From Candidatus Zixiibacteriota bacterium (lineage in GTDB: Bacteria > Zixibacteria > MSB-5A5 > UBA10806 > 4484-95), in contig JBBIRK010000006.1 in the NCBI GenBank assembly GCA_037441845.1, forward strand, positions 128,001 through 192,000: a stretch of 64,000 nt of DNA, read 5' to 3'. Of this stretch, positions 21,342-30,224 are shown in pieces. A program made the position numbers and the translations under genes. Each line of letters starts with the position of its first letter. The first letter of the stretch is position 1. Below the pieces are notes generated by a model, which saw only the letters and a list, made by a program, of their open reading frames with translations, was not told the origin of the DNA and made no database searches.

Positions 21342-21515
21342 TCCGGGAGGTTGATTCCCCTCGTAATTGCCCCGAAATAGATATTCAAATCGGGCATCAC
21401 AGTCAAGTATTGTCGGCGTGGATTTTCCATTCTAATGAAACTGCTCAATGGCCTTAACAGGCTGCAGCAATGCCTGGTTCCGGCTTTGCTATAACAAGTT
21501 TAAGATGGAAATCGA

Positions 21516-22937
21516 TCAGCGAGTAATGACCGGATCGATCCGGCGGCGGCGATTGAAATCGACTGTTACTTTCGTACCGACGCCCAGCTCCGATTCCATT
21601 TTTATCGCGCCGCCGTGTTCCTGAACTATTTTATTGGCGATGAACAGCCCGAGACCTGTTCCCTCGGCCCCCTTGGCGGAGAAAAAGAGGCTGAATGCCT
21701 TGTCGCAGGTTTCCCGATCCATACCTATGCCGTTGTCGATTATCTCGAACCGAAGTTGATCTTGCCGGTCGATCGCCCTGATCGTCACTTCATGCGATTC
21801 TTTCGCCTTGTCCACCCTGCAAGCGTCGAGCGCGTTTTCCAGCAGGTTCACCATCATCGATCGGACCGCCTTGAGATCGGCCTCGAAATCGCCGATTTGC
21901 CCGTCGGTATCGATTTTCAAGTCGATTCGATGATCGGCCATTTTGGGTTTGATTATCGATTCTATTTCGCCGAGCAGCGTCCCCACGTCGATTAAGGCCC
22001 ATTCCGGCTCGCGGTCTTTGGCGTAGTAAAGAATATCGAGCACCATGCTGCGGATGCGGGAGATATTTCTCTGGGCTATTTCCCATCCCTGACGGATCCT
22101 TTCGCTGTTGTTCTGCTCCAGTCCCTTGTTCACCAGATAAGTCGCCCCGTCGAGGCCGTTCAACAAACCGCGGATTCCGTGCGAAATCGAGCTGATCAAC
22201 AACCCGGTCTGGGTAAGCTTATCCTGGAGTTCTCTTATCATCGTGATATCGGTGCTCATCTCTATCACGCTTTCGATTTCGCCGGATTGATTGCGGATCG
22301 GAGCCGTCACCACCAGCACGTTCATCGGTTTGCCGTCCTGCGAGGTTACGATTTCCTCGCTCGAATGTGGAAGGCCGTCGGCGAACGTTTCCTGGACCAT
22401 GCAGGGCGTACATTCGCGTTGGCGATGCTTATAGACCTTATAGCATTTTTCGCCGTAGTGGCAGCCGAAAGATTCCCGATGCAAACGGTTCGCCTCGATT
22501 ATCCGCAGCTGGCGGTCCTGAATCGATATGAAGCACGGAACTTCCTCGAAAAGCTGCCTCAAGCGCTCCTGGCTGAATCTCAACTGATTCTGAAGCGAAT
22601 GCAGTTCGGTGATATCGGTCGACATTTCCATCACCGCGACTATGTTGCCCGAATCATCGAAAATCGGAGTGGTGTTCACCAGGACCCAGATCGACCTGTT
22701 TTCGAGATTGGTGACCAGCTCCTCGCTTTCATGACTTTGACCATCGCGGAACGTTCGTTCGATCGGGCATCTTTCGCATTTGTCCGGCCGCCTCTTATAC
22801 ATCTGGAAACAATGGCGCCCATTGAACTCGCCGAATTCCCGGACGAAGCGGTCGTTGGCTTCGATTATGCGGAAATCGCGATCCTGCACGGTAATGTAGC
22901 AGGGCATCGATTTGAAATATCGCTGATACGATTCCAT
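21516..22937 (-). CDS. Cytoplasmic sensor histidine kinase with two Cys-rich PAS domains
   Basis: Two PAS/PAC repeats, H-box SISHGIRG, N-box NLLENA, DNGIGM, GTGLGL; no TM helix. Confidence 0.92.
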   Translation of the reverse strand: MESYQRYFKSMPCYITVQDRDFRIIEANDRFVREFGEFNGRHCFQMYKRRPDKCERCPIERTFRDGQSHESEELVTNLENRSIWVLVNTTPIFDDSGNIVAVMEMSTDITELHSLQNQLRFSQERLRQLFEEVPCFISIQDRQLRIIEANRLHRESFGCHYGEKCYKVYKHRQRECTPCMVQETFADGLPHSSEEIVTSQDGKPMNVLVVTAPIRNQSGEIESVIEMSTDITMIRELQDKLTQTGLLISSISHGIRGLLNGLDGATYLVNKGLEQNNSERIRQGWEIAQRNISRIRSMVLDILYYAKDREPEWALIDVGTLLGEIESIIKPKMADHRIDLKIDTDGQIGDFEADLKAVRSMMVNLLENALDACRVDKAKESHEVTIRAIDRQDQLRFEIIDNGIGMDRETCDKAFSLFFSAKGAEGTGLGLFIANKIVQEHGGAIKMESELGVGTKVTVDFNRRRRIDPVITR

Positions 22938-22964
22938 CCTATCAATCGTCGCCGATCGCCTTGT

Positions 22965-24704
22965 TTACGAGCGATGCGGAATGTTGAGTATCTTGCGCAC
23001 GGTCAATAGCAGTCTTTCTTCGTCTATAGGCTTATCCGCATACCCTTCGGGGGGAGCGAATGAGTTATCGTAAATCAATTTTCGCAATTCCGGCTGTCCG
23101 CTGATAACGAATATCGGCAAGCGCGTCAGCTTCTGATCCCTCCGAATTTCCTCGAAAACCTCCACGCCGCTTTTGCCGGGCATCGAAAGATCGAGCGTCA
23201 TCAAATGAGGTTTTTGGCGTCTGAGAGCGGTGAGCGCCTCGTCCCCGTTCGATGCTTTTATGACCGTTCCGCCGTTATCCTCGAACACCGCCGAAAGGAA
23301 AGTCACCATGTCCGGCTCGTCATCGACGACCAATATGGTGTATCCCTTGAGGAACGCATCGCCCCTGACAACCGGCACCGCCACTCTCGGCTTCTTTTCG
23401 ATGACCACGGCATTGGCCACCATTTCGCCCACCAAGGATACTTTCATGTTCAGCTTGTAATGACGGATCAAATCGGTGAGAGCATCGACGCAATTATGAC
23501 AGGCGGTGGCCACGATTTTCGCCCCGGTCGCTTTCAGCTGCTCGGCTTTGATTCTTGCCGCCTCCAGGCGCCTTTTGGAATATTCCGACATCGACATGGC
23601 GCCGCCGCCGCCGGAACAACACCAATTATCGGCCCGATTGGGGTACATCTCCCGGAATTCCATCACGCTTTGCCGCAGCAGAAACCTCGGTTCCTCGGTA
23701 ATTCCGCCGCTGCGGGCGTAATTGCACGGGTCATGGTAAGTCACGGGCTCCTTGTTTCTACTTTTATCCAGCTTCAACCGCCCGCTATTCACATAATCGC
23801 AGACGACTTCCAGAAAATTAAGAATGGGTTGTTTCATGATAATCCCGGACCAGTTCGGCGACTCCCACTTCGTAGATCTGTACCCGTGTCCGCATTCGGA
23901 TGTTACCAGCATTTTCCCATTCAATCGTTGCACGTTTTCGAAAACCAGTTTCCCCATGTGGCCGCCCAGAGCGTTATCGCCCGAGAACAGACCGAAGTTC
24001 GTATTGTCCCACCCTTTGGCGGGCAACGTCCAGCTTTCATCGACCGCGTAGAATATCTTGGCCGATGCCAGCAGACTCATAGGCGCATATTTGACCTCGC
24101 GCGGATTTATCGCATAAACGATATTGCAATCGGGAATATCCATCGGCATTTTGGCATCCGGATCGCCCAATTCGTTTTGCAACTCCTCCGAAAGCCAGTC
24201 GATCGTCTCCAGGTATTCTTCGTCGCTCACTCCCATCTGATTGCCGACTTCCCACTGATCCTTGTTGACATCCAAAATCCCCTGAGGCGCAACCTTGAGC
24301 TCGGTCAGTATCCCCCTGGCGGTGCGGATTATCAGCGCCTTGTCCACTCCCATGGGACAATTGAAAGTACAGCGGCGGCACATGGTGCAACTTCCGAAAC
24401 AGATATCTTTTAATTCTTCGAGATCCGCATCGGTCGAGATATCTTTCGCGCCCACCCATCCTGGCAATACTCTGCCCAGCCAATCGAAATGCTTTTTATA
24501 GATTTTCCTGACCTTGTCGGCTTTATACGACGGCGACATTTTGGGATCTTTGGTAGCCTGATAATAATGACAGGTTTCGGTGCAATTCCCGCAATGAACA
24601 CAAACTCCCATTGATATGATCGCCTGACGATTCATCCTTTTTCGGAAAAGCTCGATCGCCTTGATGGCCTTGTCCGATTTTATCGATTCCGATCTTGACG
24701 CCAT
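22965..24704 (-). CDS. TmcB/HdrD-like Fe-S CCG-domain protein fused to a C-terminal receiver domain
   Basis: CVHCGNCTETC, CTMCRRCTFNC, ECGHG, HDPCN, WCCSGGGG, ACHNC; then ILVVDDE...LDLSMPG...VISG...DKP. Confidence 0.88.
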   Translation of the reverse strand: MASRSESIKSDKAIKAIELFRKRMNRQAIISMGVCVHCGNCTETCHYYQATKDPKMSPSYKADKVRKIYKKHFDWLGRVLPGWVGAKDISTDADLEELKDICFGSCTMCRRCTFNCPMGVDKALIIRTARGILTELKVAPQGILDVNKDQWEVGNQMGVSDEEYLETIDWLSEELQNELGDPDAKMPMDIPDCNIVYAINPREVKYAPMSLLASAKIFYAVDESWTLPAKGWDNTNFGLFSGDNALGGHMGKLVFENVQRLNGKMLVTSECGHGYRSTKWESPNWSGIIMKQPILNFLEVVCDYVNSGRLKLDKSRNKEPVTYHDPCNYARSGGITEEPRFLLRQSVMEFREMYPNRADNWCCSGGGGAMSMSEYSKRRLEAARIKAEQLKATGAKIVATACHNCVDALTDLIRHYKLNMKVSLVGEMVANAVVIEKKPRVAVPVVRGDAFLKGYTILVVDDEPDMVTFLSAVFEDNGGTVIKASNGDEALTALRRQKPHLMTLDLSMPGKSGVEVFEEIRRDQKLTRLPIFVISGQPELRKLIYDNSFAPPEGYADKPIDEERLLLTVRKILNIPHRS

Positions 24705-24706
24705 GA

Positions 24707-25396
24707 TTATACTCCCTGATTGATTGCATTTGTGACTTGCCGGACGCTGCGCTCACTAATTTTGGGGTAAACGCCTCTATGCCCCAGGTGTTTTCCTAAA
24801 TAGTAACGAGCGAACGGCCACAACAAGTAATGCGAAATTTTGCTGAACGGCACGTAAATTAAAAAGAAGGCCGTCAATGCGAAAAAGCCGACCAGCATCC
24901 AATAGTTATTGTTGGCAGCCGCCCAGAAAGCGAAGAACAACCAGACTTCCAACAGGAATAAAGAAAAATAATCATCGGGAGAACTGATGACCCGCATGGA
25001 GGCGAAAGCTATCCGACGCACGATTCTTATCAGCCCGGCGATCAGCGCCAGCCCGATAATCGTTCTGGTCAAAAAAACCACCGCCGTGCTTTCCATCACC
25101 TGCGGCCAATAGGGGATGATGAACGAGATCAAGATCGCAGTCAGCACACCCAGATGAAACAGCGCGAATTCGATATACTTGTACGGCTTTTTTGAACTGC
25201 TTTCCATCGACCAGGGCATGGCTATTGTCGCGAATGAATAGGCGATACCGGCCCTATGGCTTCCCTTGGCCGGAGTCTTTTCCACGAACGGCTTGAATCT
25301 CATGATCCAAATGACTTTCGAAATATAGACTATCGCCATGATCGACAGGGCGACGATCTGCACTTGATCTTCCAAAATTTTGAGAAATTCATCCAT
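24707..25396 (-). CDS. TmcC/NarI-like membrane (cytochrome b-type) subunit
   Basis: About 5 TM helices, FHLGV, RVISSPDDYFSL, YVPFSKISHY motifs; ends 2 nt upstream of the Fe-S gene. Confidence 0.78.
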   Translation of the reverse strand: MDEFLKILEDQVQIVALSIMAIVYISKVIWIMRFKPFVEKTPAKGSHRAGIAYSFATIAMPWSMESSSKKPYKYIEFALFHLGVLTAILISFIIPYWPQVMESTAVVFLTRTIIGLALIAGLIRIVRRIAFASMRVISSPDDYFSLFLLEVWLFFAFWAAANNNYWMLVGFFALTAFFLIYVPFSKISHYLLWPFARYYLGKHLGHRGVYPKISERSVRQVTNAINQGV

Positions 25397-25459
25397 GTTG
25401 CAACCCTTCTTTCGATAATTTGAAAGTCAAAACGTCTTTACAGCTTCCTGTTAATCGGC

Positions 25460-26254
25460 CTATTCGTTTTGCTTCCAACCCGTCAACAAATAGGTCAGAT
25501 CATGGGGATCGAAATCTCCCTCGAGAAATGCGAAGACCCGCTTGTCGCATTCGTCGGGGAACTTCTTTTTATTTCCGATAATGATGATTTTGGCGAACGG
25601 TATCCGCGGATCTTCTCCGATATGCTTGGTCAATTCGTAACAATTGATCGATGACGAATCCGAATCGATCACCACGAAATCCGGACGAAACGTCTCGATA
25701 AGCATCGAACAACGATACTCGCTGTTGGCCAAAGCGAGATTGAAATCGATCGTTTTTTCCGCTTTGCGTATTGATTCCTTTATTTGCCGGCTTTCGGTGA
25801 CCACCAGGATATTCGGTCTTTGACCATGGACGACCCGATAGTAATCGCATTCCGCGCAATCCTTGTTACAAAACAACCCGGCGAAACCGGCGTTTTTCGG
25901 TAGATCGCGCATCTCATAGCAACGCAATGCCCGCGAACGAAAAGCGATGCATCGCTGGCAGCCCTTTTTGATTTTTCCCCCGACGGAATAATAATCCCAA
26001 CAAAACTTGTATGATTTCCCCGGCTTTTCCTCGGCTGATGGTACCGATAATTCGCCCGACTCGATTATCGACATCAAAGCCATGCGGTGTATCCGGAAAT
26101 GGCCGCCGGGGGTGCGGCTTGCCGGAATCCTTCCGGCTTTGACCCATTTCAGGACCGCATCGGGGGTGACCGAGCAGAGTTCGGCCGCCTGTCCGGTGGT
26201 GATGAATTCTTTTTGGATCTTTTCCGCCGTTTTTAATTTCTGGATTTTATGCAT
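25460..26254 (-). CDS. Excisionase-type HTH regulator with Cys-rich (CW-type) middle domain and degenerate receiver domain
   Basis: TTGQAAELCSVTPDAVLKWVKAG...TPGGHFRI; CWDY..CQRC..RCYE..FCNKDCAEC; FRPDFVVID. Start placed at ATG 26254, downstream of the predicted promoter. Confidence 0.75.
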   Translation of the reverse strand: MHKIQKLKTAEKIQKEFITTGQAAELCSVTPDAVLKWVKAGRIPASRTPGGHFRIHRMALMSIIESGELSVPSAEEKPGKSYKFCWDYYSVGGKIKKGCQRCIAFRSRALRCYEMRDLPKNAGFAGLFCNKDCAECDYYRVVHGQRPNILVVTESRQIKESIRKAEKTIDFNLALANSEYRCSMLIETFRPDFVVIDSDSSSINCYELTKHIGEDPRIPFAKIIIIGNKKKFPDECDKRVFAFLEGDFDPHDLTYLLTGWKQNE

Positions 26255-26273
26255 TTTATCGATTCCAGAGTCA

Positions 26274-26317
26274 ATATTATTGGTCAACAAATCCTTGTCA
26301 AGTTATTTTTTTCACAA
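26274..26317 (-). promoter_or_regulatory. Sigma70 promoter plus Rex/CRP-like box for the HTH-tmc-like unit
   Basis: Minus strand TTGACA (26301-26296)-16 nt-TAATAT; box TTGTGAAAAAAATAACTT at 26317-26300. Confidence 0.6.
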
Positions 26318-26456
26318 TATAGCTGTCCATTTTCCGGGCCCCTGCAACCGATATTATCGCTGCCAAAATAATGAGCATCGCCCCGCCAAAATCGCTTGAT
26401 ATTTGTCCGCCGACTGGATAATTTCGAATCGTTAACTGGCAAAGGAGAAGTGGATC

Positions 26457-26831
26457 ATGGCCAAGAGAATTCTGATTGTCGACGATGAAGCCGATATCCG
26501 GACTTTCTTATCGGTTTTTCTGGGTGATAACGGCTATCAAACCGAAACCGCCGAAGATGGCGATATCGCTCTCGAAAAGGCGAAAAAGACCAAGCCGGAC
26601 CTGGTTACCTTGGATATAATAATGCCCAATCAAACCGGCGTTAAATTCTATCGCGAACTTTGCAAGGAAAAAGAGTTAAGCAAAATACCGGTCATAATTC
26701 TGAGCGGCGTGACCAGATATAAAGAGCTGTTCGCCCGCGATCATGCGACCATGCCCAAGCCGTTCGCCTTTATCGAAAAGCCGCTCGATCGCGATGAGTT
26801 GCTGAAAAAAATCAAGCAGGCTATAGGCTAA
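26457..26831 (+). CDS. Single-domain response regulator (resembles the receiver found beside Desulfovibrio tmc loci)
   Basis: ILIVDDE, PDLVTLDIIMP, VIILSG, EKP; AAGGAG SD. Confidence 0.9.
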   Translation: MAKRILIVDDEADIRTFLSVFLGDNGYQTETAEDGDIALEKAKKTKPDLVTLDIIMPNQTGVKFYRELCKEKELSKIPVIILSGVTRYKELFARDHATMPKPFAFIEKPLDRDELLKKIKQAIG

Positions 26832-26994
26832 GGTATTTCCGCCGACATCGCCTATACTTCGACATAATCCGGCCCTGAAAATTGTGCCGTTCGAAACGGT
26901 TTGGCTTAGGCAATAATCCTTAGAATTTAACCTCGCAATATATATGTTATTTTTAAGTCCGGAACGAAAAATACCTGCGGAATATTGACTGTCA

Positions 26995-27047
26995 TTGTGA
27001 AAAAAATAACGAAATCTATTGACTTTCATCGCGCCGCGAAATAATAT
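26995..27047 (+). promoter_or_regulatory. Rex/CRP-like box plus sigma70 promoter of qmoC
   Basis: TTGTGAAAAAAATAACGA (26995-27012), then TTGACT (27019)-17 nt-TAATAT. Confidence 0.6.
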
Positions 27048-27112
27048 TCCATTGACAGCGGCCGTTTGATTTCGGCCGTTTTCGGGGAACCGTTTCAACA
27101 AGGAGATCGCCC

Positions 27113-28237
27113 GTGGCTCAAAGCAATATCTTGGAACCCGATCTGAATTTCATAAGGGAGATCAAAAAATCAGGCGGCGCCACCCTTAAAAAATGCTACC
27201 AGTGCGCCACTTGCTCGGTCGTCTGCAATCTTTCACCGACGGATGGTCCGTTTCCCAGAAAAGAAATGATCTACGCCCAATGGGGCCAAATCGACAAACT
27301 CGTCGGCGATCCCGACCTTTGGCTTTGTTATCAGTGCAACGATTGCTCGACTCGTTGTCCCCGCGGCGCCCGTCCCGGCGATGTGCTGGCCGCGATCAGA
27401 ACCTATATATACAAGCATTATTCCTTTCCCCGTTTTATGGGTAAAGCTGCCTCGAGCCCCGCGGCGTTGCCGTTGCTTTTAATCGTTCCCGCGCTGGTCA
27501 TTACCGCCTTGATGCTTGCCTATACGGGCGCCGATTTCAGTTTTATGAATCGGCAGATCAGGTTCGGGGATTTTATCCCCCACGGCTGGATCGAGGGGTT
27601 GTTTATCAGCGGCAACGTGCTGATTTTCGCTTTCGCTTTCATAGGTCTTCGACGATTTTGGAACGCATTGCAGAAAAACAGCTCGACCCCCCGGCGCAGC
27701 TCGTTCATATCGAGCCTGATCGCGACTATCATGGGTATCATAAGCCACTCCAATTTCAACCGTTGCGAGGCGAACCGGCCGCGCTATATCGCTCATATGC
27801 TGGTGTTTTTCGGATTCATTGGGGCGATGGCCACCGCGGGCCTGGCGTTGCTGGCGATGGTTTTCATACATCTTGATCCTCCTATTCCTCTGTCTCACCC
27901 GATAAAATGGCTGGGGAACGCCTCGGGTTTCGCCGGTGTCGCCGGTCTGGCGATAATGATCGGCAGACGGCTGTCCGGCAAAGACAAAGTCGGAGCCAAT
28001 GGCTATGCCGATTGGCTTTTCCTGATTATGTTGTTTCTAGTGTTCGCCACCGGACTATTGTCACAGTTTTTCCGATTGGCCGAGACGCCGATATCGGCTT
28101 ACTCCATATATTTCGTTCATTTGCTCGTAGTGTTTTTCCTGCTCTGGTATGCGCCTTATTCGAAATTCGGCCACATGTTTTATCGTTCAATCGCCTTGGT
28201 GCATTCCCACAGTATCGGCAGGAAAGCGAAAACGTAG
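27113..28237 (+). CDS. qmoC: Quinone-interacting membrane-bound oxidoreductase subunit C
   Basis: LKKCYQCATCSVVC, FPRKEMIYAQWG, WLCYQCNDCSTRCPRGA, membrane domain with His ligands, YSKFGHMFYR. Confidence 0.92.
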   Translation: MAQSNILEPDLNFIREIKKSGGATLKKCYQCATCSVVCNLSPTDGPFPRKEMIYAQWGQIDKLVGDPDLWLCYQCNDCSTRCPRGARPGDVLAAIRTYIYKHYSFPRFMGKAASSPAALPLLLIVPALVITALMLAYTGADFSFMNRQIRFGDFIPHGWIEGLFISGNVLIFAFAFIGLRRFWNALQKNSSTPRRSSFISSLIATIMGIISHSNFNRCEANRPRYIAHMLVFFGFIGAMATAGLALLAMVFIHLDPPIPLSHPIKWLGNASGFAGVAGLAIMIGRRLSGKDKVGANGYADWLFLIMLFLVFATGLLSQFFRLAETPISAYSIYFVHLLVVFFLLWYAPYSKFGHMFYRSIALVHSHSIGRKAKT

Positions 28238-28515
28238 TCGATTCTGTTAATTAATCGACCGGAATTCACTCTCGACGACCATTCGCTGAAGTTGCTCAGA
28301 GACACCCGCCTTAAGCGATTATTAACGCCTACCTGGCCTGCTCACCGCGGACGCAGGGGATCGAAGTCTCTATCGAATGCGACTCGCAATCGGGCCATGT
28401 GCGCATAAGCGGCATGGCGCCCCTCGTGGGGACCGATACCTGGGCCAACGATATCAAAGAAGTGGTTATGAAAATCGATGAGGTCCGGCATGTGGAAATA
28501 GTCAGCAATGCCTGA
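28238..28515 (+). pseudogene. 5'-less, frameshifted gene remnant (resembles the C-terminal BON-like part of cytidylate-kinase-like proteins)
   Basis: Reads LINRPEFTLDDHSLKLLRDTRLK, then after a 1-nt shift near 28314 AIINAYLACSPRTQGIEVSIECDSQSGHVRISG...VRHVEIVSNA*; no start or SD. Family assignment is from recall only. Confidence 0.45.
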
Positions 28516-28567
28516 CCGGTTTTGCGCCAACCTCGCTCGACCCCCGATAACTTATGTTGAATATTGA

Positions 28568-28927
28568 TTAATCGGTTTCAGAATCGAAACCGGCTTTGCC
28601 TTTGATTTTTTCCACGGGATATTTGCGTTCATTGAGGTCTATTTTGGCCTCGATCGCTTTCGTCAGATCGAATCCGACCACTTGGGACATTCTGATCGCA
28701 TATATCAAGACATCAGCCGTTTCTTCTTGAATTCTTCTTTTTGCCGAAAGGGAGAGGTTGTTCGCGGCCGCTTCCTCGAGCGTCATCCATTGGAATATCT
28801 CCATCAATTCGGCCGCTTCGACAGCCAGCGCCATGCTTAGATTTTTCGGGTTATGGAATTTATCCCAATCCCGGGCGGCGCAAAAGTCTTTGATTCTACG
28901 GGCGATGTCGGCAATTTCATTTTCCAT
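28568..28927 (-). CDS. MazG-like nucleotide pyrophosphohydrolase
   Basis: RDWDKFHNPKNLSMALAVEAAELMEIFQW, EETADVLIY, NERKYP. Confidence 0.92.
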   Translation of the reverse strand: MENEIADIARRIKDFCAARDWDKFHNPKNLSMALAVEAAELMEIFQWMTLEEAAANNLSLSAKRRIQEETADVLIYAIRMSQVVGFDLTKAIEAKIDLNERKYPVEKIKGKAGFDSETD

Positions 28928-30206
28928 ATAGAACCGCGAACCTTTCGAACGCCCGCAGCGTTTGTTTCAGTTGCGCCGCACCGTGCGCCGTGCTTACGAA
29001 CCAGGCCTCGTACCCCGAGGGCGGTATGAAGACGCCGTTATCGAGCATGACGCCGAACAACCCCGCATAAAGTTTCATATCCGTACGTTGAGCCGCCGCG
29101 AAATCGTCGATATTTTCCCTCGAAAAGTATAACGTGAACAGACTGGCCGCGCGGTTGATTACCAACGGAATCCCCCGACAGCCGGCGATAGTCTTCAGCG
29201 ATTCCGTCAGCTCTATCGCATAATCTTCGAGTTGCCGATAAATCCGCTTGTTTAGACGCTTAAGCAAAGCCGCTCCGCATGCTGCGGAAATAGGGTTCCC
29301 CGACAGGGTGCCGGCCTGATACACAGGCCCGATCGGTGCAAGCATCTCCATTATCGCCTGCTTGCCGGCGACCGCGCCTATGGGCATACCGCCGCCCAGA
29401 ATTTTTCCATAACATGCAATATCGGGGATGATTCCATATAGCTCCGCCGCTCCTCCCGGCGCTACCCTGAATCCGGTTATTACTTCGTCGAAAATGAGCA
29501 CCGACCCGCTTTCTGCGGTTTTCGTCCGCAACAATTCGAGAAATCCTTCGGCTGGAGGAATCACTCCCATATTTCCCGCCGCCGGTTCCACGATCACCGC
29601 CGCTATATCTTCACCATGTCGGTCAAAACAATTTTTCACCGCCTCCAAATCGTTATAGGGGATTGAAATGGTTAACGTCGAAATTTCCGAAGGCACTCCG
29701 GCGCTTGCGGGGATGCCGCCGGTGGCCAGGCCGGAGCCCGCCCGGACGAGAAACGAATCCGAGTGGCCGTGGTAACCGCCGTCGAATTTGACGATGAGCT
29801 TCCTGCCGGTGAATCCACGCGCAAGCCTTATCGCCGTCATGCAGGCCTCGGTTCCCGAGCTCACCAGCCGCACCATATCGATCCAGGTAATGTGTTTTTT
29901 CACCAGATTGCAAAGCTCGAATTCCCCCCTCGATACCGTCCCGAACGAGAGGCCGTGTCTTGCCGTCCGGGTGATCGCTTCGATCGACTTCGAAAACGCA
30001 TGTCCAAACGGGAGAGGCCCCCAGGACATCACGTAATCCACGTAGCGGTTTCCATCGATATCGTAGATATATGCCCCTTTTGCCTTGGTCGTCACGAACG
30101 GTTTCCTGCCGACCGCCCCGAACGCTCTGACCGGAGAATTGACTCCACCGGGAATCAAGCGCTTCATTTTCTCAAATAGCGCATTCGATTTTATCGATCT
30201 TCGCAT
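28917..30206 (-). CDS. hemL: Glutamate-1-semialdehyde 2,1-aminomutase
   Basis: IPGGVNSPVRAF, SGTEA, YHGHSD, FDEVITGFR, GKILGGGMP, YQAGTLSGNP. Confidence 0.96.
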   Translation of the reverse strand: MRRSIKSNALFEKMKRLIPGGVNSPVRAFGAVGRKPFVTTKAKGAYIYDIDGNRYVDYVMSWGPLPFGHAFSKSIEAITRTARHGLSFGTVSRGEFELCNLVKKHITWIDMVRLVSSGTEACMTAIRLARGFTGRKLIVKFDGGYHGHSDSFLVRAGSGLATGGIPASAGVPSEISTLTISIPYNDLEAVKNCFDRHGEDIAAVIVEPAAGNMGVIPPAEGFLELLRTKTAESGSVLIFDEVITGFRVAPGGAAELYGIIPDIACYGKILGGGMPIGAVAGKQAIMEMLAPIGPVYQAGTLSGNPISAACGAALLKRLNKRIYRQLEDYAIELTESLKTIAGCRGIPLVINRAASLFTLYFSRENIDDFAAAQRTDMKLYAGLFGVMLDNGVFIPPSGYEAWFVSTAHGAAQLKQTLRAFERFAVLYGK

Positions 30207-30224
30207 GCCGCTTTACCGTGCTTA

